A DNA stretch of 64,000 nucleotides from Ramazzottius varieornatus (GCA_001949185.1 BDGG01000009.1:1663624-1727623), one strand, 5' to 3'. Positions 38,386 to 56,759 are shown, numbered from the stretch's first letter. Notes: a model not told the origin generated them from the sequence alone. Translations and numbers: made by a program.

Positions 38386-39972
38386 ATGGATCCGGATCTG
38401 AAGATTGCCGCCTTCAACAACATTCCCAACCAGGAGTATGCATTGTTTGGCAGCGTGCTGGAAGCCCATCTGGAGACGTTGCTGCACCGACTAAAGGGAC
38501 TGTGCGGACAGCTGCCCGGAAATGCCGAACCTTTCCAGGATCACTACCTCATCTACAGCACCAGTAAGTCCTCTTACAGATCTGTCCGTCGATGCTGGGT
38601 GGCACAAGCGCCCACACATGTTATCTCCCTTGCAGAAAGTCCAAACATCATACCACCTGTGCACGTGCGAGCAGTCAGGTCCATCATGTCCACCTTCATG
38701 CCCTGGTAAGTACAGTACGGTAAACGGTGCTACAGTGTAGAAAATGCATCCCTGCCCGTGCAAAGTTTTGATTGGTTTGTTGGTTTGTAAGCTATGGACG
38801 GCCATGGTAGTCTGGCAGACACAACTGTTAATCAAAACTTTGCTCGGGTAGGGATGCATTTTCTGTACTGTCCATGCAATTGCCGCTTTACGGTGGCTGC
38901 GGAACTTGCGGCGTGGATATGTGCATCGGAGAGTGAGGACGGTTAGTCATGTTGATTATAATATTATGATGTGTTGTTGTAGGCGATTTCAGTACTATGG
39001 ATCAGAGATTTCCGAAGCAAGCCGGATGGTGACGCAAAGGCAGATCATTGACGCCTGTTGCTCCGTCAGGCTGCCCAAGTTCCTAGAAGACGGACTAGGT
39101 TTCAAGTAAGTCTGTGTCGGAAGCTTGGAGAGGCGGATCAGCTGGCATACTGTCCCCGTTTGCTGTGCTCGGGCAAGGTATAGGCTGTCTTGTGAGGATG
39201 ACATGGACTTTGCTGTTTGACAGTATGGACTACGAATACATCCTGAAAGGCTTCACATTCGCAAAGGGCCGAGTACGCATCTCCGTTGGCAGGATGATGA
39301 AGGTATCAAAGACGGGCTACAGCAGTACTGGCGGCCAGCTGTATGGTCCCCTTTCAGCCATCTGTGCCCTTTGCAGACGGCCCACGAGGTCAACATGCAA
39401 GTAGAAGCGGCGGAAGCTCTGTCGGGCTCTTACCTGGTCGAAGTGGCCACTGTCGTCTTCGGGGGCAGTGCCGTAAGTAATGCTAACAGGTGCCTTGTGC
39501 CGTTTCAAGCTGCCATTCGTCGTCCGACTGAGACAATTCAAAGCTGTACTTGCAGACTAATGAGGAGAACCCAGAGAAAGAGATCCTACAGGTGGCCGAA
39601 CTGCTGAAGCCGTAAGTACACGGACTTTAACTCTTAGTATAATTATCGGCCGAGTCTAGACGGAATGACCGGTCCTGGCCGACAAGGGCAGCGCAACGCT
39701 TGATTACTTTGATTGCTCAACATTAGGGGACAGCTGCCGCTTTCGAGCGGTGGCCGGTCATTTTTTGTCGCGGCCGATAATTAGATATGCTGCCTGTAGC
39801 AACATCATCATGCGCCGTCTTCTTTTTGCATTTTGACTTCGCGTATCGCGTACTGTACCTGCCAGTACATAGGGACAGTTTAGTAGTCGTATGTACAGTT
39901 CTTCCGCCTAATACTAGTCTGTGAATGTTTTGCAGGATCGTTGATCTGAAACGGCTGGACGTCAAACGCTGA
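38386..39972 (+). CDS. MED18: Mediator subunit 18, 7 exons
   Basis: QEYALFGSVL...LLHRLKGLC, LGFK|MDYEYILKG, SYLVEV; last exon 39936-39972 gives LLKPIVDLKRLDVKR. Confidence 0.9.
38732..38871. mobile_element. Second, unrelated fold-back element (possible Tc1/mariner-type MITE) in MED18 intron 38706-38982
   Basis: 42-bp inverted repeats 38732-38773 and 38830-38871 (38/42 Watson-Crick); left end TA|CAGT. Confidence 0.6.
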
Positions 39973-40676
39973 CAAATTCAACCTACTGTGGGGACGTGTT
40001 GTATTCTCCATTGACCGGACGTACTGTACAGAAGCCAATGAATGGCTTTTTCAGTGTCAATATGGAAGGTAGAGGAGGCCAGCGCTGCAGCATGACTAAG
40101 AAAGTTGTTCTCTCAGGTGGAACTTGCACAGGTTGGAAGAAGGTGCAGCAGCCTTCGGGCTTCCCGGCTGTCGATAAGCACAGTATTACCGACAGACAGC
40201 TTTCACACCACGAAGTCTTTTTGCAATTCTGCACCTTCTCTTCGGCAATAAGTTGTAATAGTCTTATTGGCAACATAGTAGGACAGCAAGATGTTTCGAA
40301 AAAGCGCCAGCCAAGTTATTACAAGGTGACTCATCTCTGTGAGCTCATCTCCTTTTTTGTCGCTACCAAACATTGTGCTGGCTTATATCGCCATACCCAC
40401 TTAGCCGCCACAATGGAGGTAGATGCAATTCTCACTGTCATTTCCAAAACAGTATAAGCGTAATTCCATTTTGGCCATCTTTATAATTAAGCCAGCTGTG
40501 ACTAGACGAAATGGCAGCCTGTGCTACAAGCGGCTAAAAGGCTATAAAGTTGCGGCTGTGAAACAAGGCATCTTCTCCTTCGGTCTTTTTGCATTTCTGC
40601 CATACAGATTGAGTCCAGATTGCAGAAGAAGAAAAGTGTCAGAAAGGAAGAGGGCCGATTGCAGCGCTAATCAATA

Positions 40677-40911
40677 CGAAGGTTCTTGGCCAGCCTTTGT
40701 GAATCAGCCAGCTCCGATCATTTGGCTGATTGATGAAGGTGCGTCAATACGTAGTATCAATGAACGAATCAAGGGAAGCGCGACAGTGTTATGTTTGTCA
40801 TGGAAATTTCGAGAGCCTGCTGGGTAATGCGAGACTTGTCGTGGCTTTTCCCCGCCCGCCTCCAAGATGGGAGAAGAACATGCTGCAAGCGGCCCAGTGT
40901 GTATATATAAG
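40677..40911 (+). promoter_or_regulatory. HSP70 promoter with heat-shock-element-like repeats and TATA box
   Basis: cGAAggTTCt 40677-40686; gGAAatTTCgaGAg 40802-40815; TATATATAAG 40902-40911; about 135 bp upstream of the ATG. Confidence 0.6.
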
Positions 40912-41046
40912 AGACCCACAAGTCGTAGCAACATACATTCTTGTCAATTGACAAACACTTTCTGTGCGAATTTTGCAAAACTTGTGGTGTCAGGCTCGAT
41001 TATTGAATTATTGTCCCATCTGCTGCTTTGAAGTTAGTTAGGTAGG

Positions 41047-43526
<2,480 letters not shown>

Positions 43527-44307
43527 ACTTGATCTAAAACTAGTATTCGTTTCTACAGAAGCCTAGCCAGCTTTTTCTTCATAGTCTTTTGTACTTACTA
43601 ACTAATGCGCATCTGTGCAGACTGTGCTTATGCTGTAGCTTAGCCAAAACGTTTTTTGCCACATTCATCCATTTCCTACCAAGTTTATATTTGACTATGG
43701 CTGCTGTTCGATGAAGCAGCTGCCCCTTTGCCGACATAATCCCTGATAGTTGTATATTTTTGTATCTCTTCAGTAAATTAGACTTGTTTCAGTAACAAAA
43801 TAGGATAACCGAACAGTGTGACGCTCTAATCACGAGTTCGCGTCACCACTATACCTCAGTCGATCTGTTCAGACGGTGCAAGTCCCATGCATGGACGTAT
43901 CCCCAAAGTGCTTGAAGATAGGACAGGCCGGTCAGGCTGTTCATGTTACTACAAACTGCCGAATAATATTCATTCAAGAGTCACAGTCCTTCCTTCCCTT
44001 CAGTTTAACAAGCAAAGAGTAAAAAATATCGAAGCAATGAATAGAACAAATGAATAATCTGATTGTTGGAGGTATATTAAAATTCCTGTAGACTGAGCAG
44101 CTGGGTTCTGAAATTGAACGAAGAGCGCAAGATCAAATTGGTACCGAAATGTAAAAGGGGCATCGAGGTTGGCTATACGAAAGCATAAATGTGTTCAAAG
44201 TTAAAAGACAGACAGACAGACAGACAGGTGTAAAAATGGACAGAAGTATTTTGGCATGTCCGCTGTCCACCAAGTAAAGGCCCAGCAATAGATGACGACC
44301 GTGGAGC

Positions 44308-45820
44308 TCATGCATGGGTGGTGGACGTGGTGTTGGTGATGGTGGTGGAGCCGTTGGTGCCATGTACTCTGTTGAGCTCACTTTCGAAGGTGGTCCGTTC
44401 TCTGTCAGCGCCCGGTGTGGCCAACTCTGTTGCCTTGCTCTTGACAGCCGTCACGGCGTTCGTTACCGCACCCTCCACAGACTTGAAAGCAGCCGTATTT
44501 CTGTGGCAAAGTAATGCCTCATCATCATAAGGAAGGTATGTACAAGGAAGGCAATGCTATGGGCATTTGCCCGTGTCAGACCCACCGTAGTTCACCCATC
44601 TTCTTCTTTGTTTCACCAGCCAAAGAATGCAAGACCGCCGCGCTCTTGTCCGAGGCACTTTTCAGAGTTTCCGAAGTCTTGCGGAACCTAAAGGAGAAAT
44701 TGACCAGCAATGACCGTGCTGCAACTTTCCCTTCATAGAGCAAAGGAGACTTACGCTGGGTTGTCATGAAGCTTATCCTCCACTGTTACGATAGCTTCGT
44801 TCAGCTTCTTCACTCTGTAACAGCCAATCATATTGTTAGATCATGTCGGTCAAGAGGCTTAACCTTCATAACTGGATGATAACTATGGTGGCGGAGAGGC
44901 CGAAGTGCCAGTAAGCAAGGGCTTGGACGATGGCTACACTTTCAAGATGGAAACTCACGCGCTGGACTCTTTGACTGCCTTGACACCTTCGGCCAAATCC
45001 GTCTGCACTTCCTGCCAGACAGTGATGCCCAGCTTGCGCTTTAGCTCTTGTCCATGGCGCAGTTTCGATGCCAGAACCCGCCGAAGAGTATCAATCTCCT
45101 CTTCCGTCTGCAAAAGTCATCAGATGGTAAGGATTAACCGATGAATCTTCAAATGGACTCCACGCTTGGCCGCCCCCACCTTTAGCAGTTCTTGCTTCCA
45201 TTCTTCCTCTTGACGTTTCTTCTCTTCTTCGGTCAAGGCCACCGCTTCCGGCGTGTTCTGGCCATCCTCCACCGGATCGTAGAACGTCTCTACCGATTGA
45301 GATACCATTATTCTGTCGCATACAACACCCACTGATACACATTCGGAAGAAATGTTCCGTGTGGTCCGCTGCTGCCGGCTGACACCATGGCCTTCTTGTG
45401 GATTACGGACGAACAATGTCTCTCGACAGTTAACGAGCAGGTGCCCGCTTGCCTCGCTGTGTTGAAACGTCAGTCTTGGAGGATAATCGATTAGGCCAAC
45501 ACTGAAGTCGAGTGTTACGGAAGATACATACTGTGCTCACACTCAGTAGCGGCGAAAGTCATCACTCGGCCGGCGCGACTCGTCCACACAGCGATGACAC
45601 ACAGGGCTAATCTACTATCAGCCCACATCTGCCTTCCCAGCTGGGTATCCCATATGGGAACACAAGGACTTGCTAACATGGTCTGACAGCAATCACTGTC
45701 ATGTGTTCGTCACCCTACTTGTCACTTCTAATAATAGTTTTCTCGCTTACCTGAGTCGTGGACGTGGAGAGGCTGTGTCGGGCTGTACTGCGACAGTCCA
45801 GCTGGTTGACCTTGATTCAT
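44308..45820 (-). CDS. Tumor protein D52 family protein
   Basis: EEEWKQELLK|TEEEIDTLRRVLASKLRHGQELKRKLGITVW and AFKSVE are TPD52 hallmarks; first exon inferred. Confidence 0.85.
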
Positions 45821-47657
45821 CGTTGGGCTGTGCCGTCAGGAGATTGAAATTACCTCCGCTGTCTGCAATTCTCTTCGCTAACTGCGAATCCGGAAACCGT
45901 ACGGGATGGTACTGTTGCGCTGTCAACGTCCCTCTACACCACAGCTCTCCAAAAAGTGCGAAGGAAACAAGGACTGACCATAGATTCTGGGAGGACGATC
46001 CAGAGGAAAAAACGAAAACACTGACGATGCCAAATAAATATCACAAGTCCACGTATTTGCCATGCACCGGTCGGGCCAGGGCAGAGGGGTAAAAAGACCG
46101 AGGGCAACCTGGGTGGACTTCTCCAGTACACTCTCAGGCTAGGACCGGAAATGGTGGAAAAACGACCACCTAAATGGCTCTGACATACAAGAGATGGATA
46201 TTCCCATCCCAGAAGAAAAGGGTGGAAATGGCAGGATGGAAAAGCTGGGAATAAGTAATAGGATGGAAACGTCCTATATCTTGTATCAAATCAGCCCCAG
46301 GGTGTAAAAAGGTACCAAGGGCATCCTTAGCGCAAATAAGAGCCAATACTCTTACCACGCGTCCCCACCATGTGCACTCACCGCCAGTTGAAGGAGGCGG
46401 AGACAGACCGAACGCACCGGCGCACCACGGGTACACGGGGTGACACGCACATGCATTTGCCCAGAGCGTAACCATGCGCGACAACGTTGAGGTTGCGCAG
46501 CCGAATCGGGCATGGTTAATCCTGATAATGTGTGGTCATACGGCGCAAGAACGGTGACGCCATGTACGCGGAATTCAACGTAACCGATTCGCATGCTGCG
46601 CCACAGCATATCGTGTGATACAAGCGCGCTGGTACAAAAGTACGGCGCCTGAGACGCGTCTTGCGTCAGCTGTTTTGGCCTGTCTGGCTGGCCCCACAAG
46701 TCGGGTGGTGAGAAGATCGGCACTAGTGCACATATGGTGACCACACAGGAAAGCATCCGTCCTGTTTGCCGCCCCGCATTAAACCACAAAAGGACAAACG
46801 TCACGCACCTTACCGGCTACATGTCTAGGTGGGCATGTGAAAATTATAAGTGCGATTGATAACGAAAGACATGCCACGACTGTTGTGCTGACTTATTAGC
46901 CGTAAGTATCAAGATCGACAATACTCACCCGCTGGTTTTGCAATGTGCTATTGCGTTGAGGTGGCTTCGCTTGCCGAGTGGCTAGTGTTGCAATCATGAC
47001 TATACGAAAACTCTCAAAAACCACTTAAGGGCAATGTCGGGTTTTTCCAACATCAGCCACTCAGCGTTCATTTTGGAACTTCCCGAACCATTCAGAGAAT
47101 TCGAATTATGGAGAATCCTGGGGTAGTCCGCCGAATCAAAGATCCAGCCGCGACAAATCATGACGAACTTCCGAAAATACACTGCTTCTGAGCGGGTGCT
47201 ACTGGACTGCTGTCAATTCAAATACTTGTTCGAGCTTTTAGGGCCTTTGCGGACAGAAAAATCGTCAAAACATACGTCCCATTTATAAAAGCTTGTGCAC
47301 GTGCGCCGCTTCTTGTTCGCAAAATAGAAGAGGGTTTTGTCCATAGACTGGACAAGTGGAAGTTGCGTCGACCTAAAAGTGCGATAACACACCGTGAGGT
47401 GTGTTATCAGGTTTTGCTCGTTCCGGTTTCAGATTAGAAATTTCCAAGCCGTTCCAAGGTCAAGAGGATCATTTAATTCCGATTTTTTGTTTTTAGTATC
47501 GAGTTTTCAGTATCAAGCGTTTGGTTAAATCAGTCAATCAGTAGGAAAAATTTCGGTATACGATATATCGTTTTCCACCGCAAACTGATCTGCTAGCCTA
47601 CCCCTGGTCCAGTATCCGAGACTCCGAGTCCGAGTTAGAGCACGGAATCTGGCCGCA

Positions 47658-48040
47658 TGTGCTGCGCTGTACTGTACTGCAGCTGTGCTGTGCCGCAGCA
47701 CAGCTGCAGCGCGTGAACTGACGAAATTTTTGCGGCACAGCACAGCATACAGCAGAAAGCCATAGACTACCGCGCAGATGCACGTTACCGAAACTTAACA
47801 AAAATTACAGTTTTTGGGCATTCGAACGTCAGCCGTCTCAGCTTTGCCGCACTTTAGGGCAACGTTCTCCAGGTTGACTAACGACTTCGCTGACTGAATT
47901 ACAAACCACGTCAGTACAACGGCGTTCCGCGCAGTTGCACCAGGTCAACGTGCGTCTGCAGCACAGCTGCTTGGCCACTGGGCATGAAATTTGTGCAGCA
48001 CAGCGCAGCGTACAGTGCCCTGGTAATAAGCGCAGCACAG
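47658..48040. repeat. Intergenic cluster of GCAGCACAGC/GCTGTGCTGC inverted and direct repeats
   Basis: Perfect 14-bp hairpin 47677-47709; outer inverted repeat tgtgctgcgct (47658) / agcgcagcaca (about 48029). Confidence 0.55.
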
Positions 48041-48356
48041 TTACAGCGTACTTTTGGACCTGCCGCCCAGTGCTCTAGTCCGAGTACACTCAGTACACTG
48101 TACACTTACATACGTTAGGGTAAATGAATTTGAAGCCGGGCTTCAGCACTTGCAGGTTGCAAATGCAAAACGGCCAAATCAAAACAGCTGTTTTTTCAAG
48201 TGCTCACCTAACACAGTCATCTTCCCTCTCCTGACTCATGATGGGCGCTCGTCTCACTTGAGTACTTGCAAATGCTGGTTGATACTTTCAAGCGGGACTG
48301 GACATAATCGTGGCTTGCAGGGATAGCATCTGCGGTTTGAAGGCGGTGTAATCGCG

Positions 48357-48968
48357 ATGGCGACGGCGCTCCTTCGCTCTGTCAGGCGAGTTACTGCCAG
48401 CCCCTCACTTTCATCTTCCGTCATATTTTGCAGGCACGCTGGTGGAGGCCACTGGAATCCAGACTGGAGAGCAGACCCCAAGGTACCAGAGACGGAGGAA
48501 GAACGTATTAGGGCCGCCAAGAAGTACAACCTCCTGCCCGACGACTACAAGCCTTACCCCGAAGACAGTCTCAATGCACGAGGAGACTACCCCGATCTTC
48601 CCATCATTTCCGGCTCGCAGCGTGACCCATACGAGCCCTTTGACTATCCGGAGCTGCGCAGGAACTATGGCGAGCCCCTCCACATCGATTTCGACATGTA
48701 CACGGCGGAGCGGGTGGACCAGAAGCGTCTGCGCAAGTCCATGCTGTACTCGTGGTCCATGTTCTTGGGAGTGATGACAGCTGGCTTCCTTGCCTTGTAC
48801 TCTACGCGAAACTTTGCAGGCCATGTCCCAACACTGCCCAAGCAGTATCCTTACAATGACTTGTGGGTGGAGAAAGGCGGAAACCCAGCAAAGATGCCCA
48901 TACGGAAGAATTACTCCTTCGAGCTGGAAGGCAGCGAACCCGCCCCCAAACACCACCATGCACACTGA
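48357..48968 (+). CDS. NDUFB8: NADH dehydrogenase 1 beta subcomplex subunit 8, intronless
   Basis: Mitochondrial presequence-like N-terminus, RIRAAKKYNL, GDYPDLP...RDPY...RRNYGEPLH, PKQYPY. Confidence 0.95.
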   Translation: MATALLRSVRRVTASPSLSSSVIFCRHAGGGHWNPDWRADPKVPETEEERIRAAKKYNLLPDDYKPYPEDSLNARGDYPDLPIISGSQRDPYEPFDYPELRRNYGEPLHIDFDMYTAERVDQKRLRKSMLYSWSMFLGVMTAGFLALYSTRNFAGHVPTLPKQYPYNDLWVEKGGNPAKMPIRKNYSFELEGSEPAPKHHHAH

Positions 48969-49599
48969 AGACCCTACAACTCATTTGTTCCCCCTATCTA
49001 GGTGTGCGACTAGATGCGTGACTGTCCGTTTCACTTTATGCTAGACGATTTGCTTTGTGGAGTACATTTTATATCGTTATTTTGTCATCACAGTCGGAAG
49101 TAGGAGTACCTTATGGAACTCGCTTTCACCATCCTGTTCCGCTTCAAGTATAATGGAAGCTGTGAATATAAATATCCGACAGTTTGTGCGACGGCGACGA
49201 AAGTTAATAGTGTGCACTACATCTACTTGTAAGGTACATGTTTTTCGGAAGAAGATTGTTCCACTTTTCCCCTGCATCGGAACGCCCAAGGGAAATTCGA
49301 GCAATTAGTTGTCGGAGTGGCGCTTGACGCAGTGGCATCTTTTGTGACGTCATGCGTTGACAGCGACCGGAAATTTACATTAATTTTTGGCTTTTGGTCG
49401 CTTCCACTTGCCAAAGCTGTCATTACGGTATTTTTGTATGTTTCGTTATCCTGTGATGATCGAGGAAGCCGTCGACTACGTAAATCTATCTATCTGGCGC
49501 AACCATTTTTTAACTTTGTCCAGTTTTCTTCATTTCCGATCCTTCACTGTCTATGTACCAGTGGTGTTGTGATGGGTTTGATGTTCTTTGCAGGTGAAG

Positions 49600-52500
49600 A
49601 TGACGACAAACTACCTGGCTACCGCTTACCCGAGCAACCTGGTCAAGTTCAGCGCCGTTGGCAACTTCTCGACGTCCGACCATCTGGAGCTGATCACAGT
49701 CAAGAGCCACAGCCTACAATTATTCCACATCGACGACGACGAGATCGTCCAAGTTGGAGAAGCCCGACTACCCGCTACTGTGTCTGGAGTATGGTCGTTC
49801 AAGCCCAAGAATGCTCGACGCGACCTGCTGGTCGTACTAGCCAGACGCAACGAAGTCTTCGTCGCCGAGTTAACAGCCGCGAAGGACGAAGTGACTATCG
49901 ACACGCGAGCCACTGGCAAATACCCTTCCTCCGCCGATCTGACCCCCGTGGACTACGGGCCATTGGTCACATTCCACCCCGACAGCCGTGTCATATGTCT
50001 GGCCTTGTTCAACCAGCGTTTCGAGATTATCCAGCTGTCGGAAGATGGCCAGTCCATCGTCGCTTCGTATCCCATTCGCGTCGACACTGTCGACATGAGC
50101 AGGCTCATCTCCATGGAATTCCTCCGTCCTGAATCTGCCGAAACCACCGTGGCCTTCCTTCAAGCCACCAACAAGGGACACCTCCTCTCCTTCACTAGCT
50201 TCGATTTCAAAGATAGAAAGAAGGAGAAGAGCAGCTCGACGTTCAACAAGGTCGACTTGGAGGCTTCGTTGCTGTTGCCCCTACCCATTGGTCATCCGCC
50301 GGCTGTCCTTGTCGTCGGTAATGGCTCCGTCCAGTACTACAACACCCACAAACAGTACACTCTGGCCACTTCGCCCTTCCTGAAGGACATGGTGGTGACG
50401 GCCCATTGCCTACTCTATAGAGATCCTTCGGACCAAGTCGTCACCTATCTCCTAGCTGGTTGTGATGGTAGACTGCTCTTGCTCATTTGCCGGCTGTCAC
50501 ACAATGCCTCGACGATGGTAGGGACGCGTATCGATGGTCTACAGGACAAGAAGCTCCCACCCTGTAAGATGAACGTGGAGTTCATCGGCGTCGTCCCTTC
50601 GGCACAAACGGTATACGTATACCTTATGCTTTCGCAGCTCGGCATACTACAGTGCAGCTCGGCCACTTCGTTTTCCTCAATGGCGCACGATTTCACTGAC
50701 AACCTTTGAGAACGTGCGCCGTGCGGCAAACTCGACAAGATCCGGTTTTCAAGTGGCGCACGCTTCTAGCCAGCATCAATGGCGGTATGCGCCGCTTCGG
50801 AATTGGTCTAGTCGAGTTTGTTTGCCGAGCTGCCAACTTGAATTCTATCCTTGGCTAACCGTGTACTGAACTTGACTTGTGTTGCTTCTTAGTTGTCGGT
50901 AGTGAGCAAGAAGGATGGCATGGTTTTCGTGGGGACATGCGCCGGGCCACATTCGTTGCTCATTCGAATGCGCAAAGAGCGCAATGCGGAGAGCAAGTTC
51001 TACTTCGATGTCCTGCAAGTCTTTCCGGCCATCGGGTCGATTATGCAGCTGCAAACGCTAACTAGCACTTTCAAGCAAGGTCTCGACCAGTCGTGTTTGC
51101 TGGCTTGCACAGCTGACACCTACGGCGGAAGCCTGACCATCGTCCGAAGCGGCATCAATCTGCAGAACCCTACCGAAATCTCCCTGGCAGGAATGCAGAA
51201 AGCATGGAACCTCACCCCACTGCAAAGGTATGAAAATATTATAATAAATTTCTTAGCCGCAACACAAATCTATCAAAAAAAGGATAATCAGCTCCATTGT
51301 CGTCTTGGAGAGCTGGAAGAGCAAAGTCGGCACGGCTGCTTTTGCAAGTGGCTCCTGCGGCTAATAACAGTGATAATGTGCGTCACTTGGGGAGCAATCT
51401 AGTCGAGCTTTCCGCCGAGCCATCGAGCTTCCGCTCATTATGACTAGGTATGCGTCACATCTTCTTCAATGGTTTGTTTAGGTTGGGCAACATGCCAGTG
51501 GTCATTTCGGATCTGACTTCGACCAGAGTCTGCGTCTTTGAGGGAGAAGACTTGGCGGAAGTTGAGGCTGGGGGTGACTTGGTGCTGAACGGCCGCACCA
51601 TCTTGATGGCAGCCACCACGGATGGACTGATCCAAGTAACAGCGACAGCAGTCCATCTCCTAGACTGTACCACCCTCCGCCAACGTGCTCAGTACTCACC
51701 GACAAGTTCGGAGCAAGCGAGCCTGGTCAAGATCGTCACTGCCTCCTTGAGAAAGAAGGTCCTCCTTCTGGCCTTCTATAAAACTGTGCAACTACTGGAA
51801 GTGCTGGAAGGTGGCTTGGAGATTGGCAAGGCAGCAGAGTTGGAGAACGAAATTAGCGCAGCAGAGCTGTTTGACACTTCTTGGGGTTCGTTGTACTGTG
51901 TGGTGGCCGAATGGGCGTCGTGGAGTGTCTCGCTTGTGGACTGTGCTACCATGACAGTCCATCAGTCGGCCTTCTTAACCTGCGATATGCAGACTCGCAG
52001 TCTGATGTATTGCCACTTTGGTGCTGGAAATTCCTACTTGTTTTGCGGCTTGGGTGACGGCAATGTGGCTTACTTTCAGTTTGATGAGGTGGAGAAGCGG
52101 ATGGTGGAGGCCAAGCGGATCCCGCTGGGTACTCGGCCAGCCACCTTCTCCCACTTTTACGCCCACGGCCAAGTCAGTGTCTTTGTCTCGTCGGATAGAC
52201 CCTGTGTCATCTCGCTGAGGGGCGAGAAGCTGCTCTTCAATAACGTCAACATTGCCGGCGTCGTCAGTGTGTGTCCCATCAAGATGGCCGACGATGACAA
52301 GACCATGACGGATATGTTGTTGGTCGTCGCTGAGAAGAAACTGCTACTTGGTCAGTTGGAAGACATTCAAAAGACGCACTTCATTCCCCTTAACCTCGGC
52401 TTCCAGGCTTTCAGGTACCGTACATCTGCAATAAGTCAAATGAGATAGACTTGACGCAGTTTGACAGCTCGGCCAACAGAATTCGACAAGACGTTTCTCA

Positions 52501-54215
52501 GTGCGGTGCACTCTTCCAGCCAACTACACCGAAAACGCCCACCGCGCGCCAATGAAGAAAGTATAGTCGAATTCGGACAGATGGTGTTATATCAGGTGGC
52601 GCAGACTACCTGCTAGAAAATATTAAGATTGTGCGCAACTTGAGGAAGATCTTGCCGAGTTTTTTTGCCGCTATTTCCGTTAGTTAATCGATGTCGATCT
52701 TGTTATAGAATAGCGGCCCAAACGGAAATGTCCACGATAGCCGTTATCGGCGACCGAAAAGACTGCCGACTGAACAAATTTGCCATCCACAAAGCCGACA
52801 AGGAGATGGAGCAACGGATGCTGTACATCCTGGATAAGAACTCGTTCGAAGTGGTGACGACCTACGCATGCGCCAGCCGGAAAGAGCAGCTGACCTCTCT
52901 GTGCAACTGGAGTCCCGAAGGCAGGCCTCTCCTGGTCATCGGTAGGGAGGACGAAGGCAAAGACGGTAGCCTCATCGTTCAAGAACTCATCAACAGCCGC
53001 CTACAAACCCTCCACACCTTCAGCCTGACCGACGACCCGGTCAGGAACCTGACAACATACGGTAAATGGCTTCTCGTGGCTTGCGATAACACTCTCTTCG
53101 TCTTCCAATGGTTGGGTCATCAGCTGGAAGAATTGTACAAGATCAGCTCCGGCGGAGCCATCAATCATCATTTAGAAGTCTATAACGAGTCGCTGCTGCT
53201 GGGCGATGCCCAGAAGTCACTGATGATGGCCGAGTTTAACCATAGCCAGCAAAGGTTCGAAGTGTTGGCGCGAGACTACACCGCCTTCGGTTTTATCAGT
53301 TTGGCCATTGTCGATAAGGGAACAGTCATTGGGGGTGATGATAGCGGCAACCTGCTGACACTGCGCATGGGCAAGAAGGAAAGGGAGAGCGGCGATGGGG
53401 TGGCCCACTTCCGCTCGATGGAGCCGGCCAGTTGGATCTGCCTGGGCGATCCCATCACCAGCATCGTCCGAGGATCGCTGGGCGCGGCCAGCAACGCCGG
53501 CCAGTCCAACCTTGTTGTCAAGAACAGCTTCGTCTATGGAACGTGCAAAGGCCAGCTGGGAATCATCCTCGAGCTCCAACAGGACCTGTAAGCCTCTTCT
53601 AACTGGCAGCTTTGCCACATACACCCTGACACCCTATAAAGATAGTTTTCTCAAGTGGCGCCTACTCTCAGCAATGTGACCCGATACGTCCGCCACTTGG
53701 CAAAACAATCAAACTTCACAAGATTGATTTTTCGAGTGACGCACGCTTTCAGCCAGTAACAGTCAAGACTTGCGCCACTTGGGGAAGCAGTCTCCGCAAA
53801 TTTGTTTGCCGAACTTTCAATCTATCCGGGTTTTTTTTGTTCTGACACTTTTTCTTCTACCTGGAGATGCACAAATTCAACCTACGGTCACCAAGACTGT
53901 TTTTCGGTCTATTGCAGGTATGATTTGCTCAAGTTCCTCGAAGAGAAGATGGTCGCTTCGACCAGTCTGATTGGAGGCTTGTCGGCTGTGGACTCAAGGC
54001 AGTTCTGTACTCGTCTGATGGAAGGAAAGACGTCAGGCTTTGTGGATGGCGACCTTCTCGATACCTGCTCGCTCATACGGAAGGCGGAGCTTGAAGCGCT
54101 GGTCAGTGAGTTTGAAAGTGCAAGAATACCAACCGAGGAAGACGGATTAGTCCGTCAGCCATACACTGCCGACTTTGTGATGAAAGTCCTGGAAGATCTT
54201 TCTCGTTTACACTGA
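49600..54215 (+). CDS. DDB1: DNA damage-binding protein 1-like beta-propeller protein, divergent
   Basis: MTTNYLATA..., SLTIVRSGI, LFCGLGDG, IPLGTRP, SVFVSSDRPCVI...KLLFNNVN, GFVDGDLL, KVLEDLSRLH are collinear with DDB1. Confidence 0.8.
50655..50833. repeat. Intronic palindromic element, tandem dimer, DDB1 intron 50611-50892
   Basis: cagctcggcc, two units, then gtcgagtttgtttgccgagctg. Confidence 0.85.
51310..51420. repeat. Intronic palindromic element, monomer, DDB1 intron 51228-51482
   Basis: caagtggctcc...gtgcgtcacttgggg...gtcgagctttccgccgagc. Confidence 0.75.
52462..52672. repeat. Intronic palindromic element, degenerate dimer, DDB1 intron 52415-52708
   Basis: tgacagctcggcc...caggtggcgcag...gtgcgcaacttg...tttgccg. 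Confidence 0.7.
53604..53816. repeat. Intronic palindromic element, tandem dimer, DDB1 intron 53588-53917
   Basis: caagtggcgcc...ccgccacttgg, then gagtgacgcac...tgcgccacttgg...tttgtttgccgaact. Confidence 0.85.
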
Positions 54216-54389
54216 TAAACGTCTACCGAGTCATCCTGCATATACCAATATCTTCTTGTTGCGGCACATGCACAGATCCATAAAATGTGATACTTACCCA
54301 CTTGTTTATATTGTTGCCACATAAAAAGTCACATTCTGACGACCCCCCCCCCCCAAAGAAAACGTCAAGTATTATAAAAGTTGAAAAAT

Positions 54390-56759
<2,370 letters not shown>

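Noticed and set aside
47295-47315. Intergenic cacgtgcgccgctt half-site; similar weak match at about 4060-4115
   Set aside because: Short match without a convincing complementary arm, so not counted as a copy.
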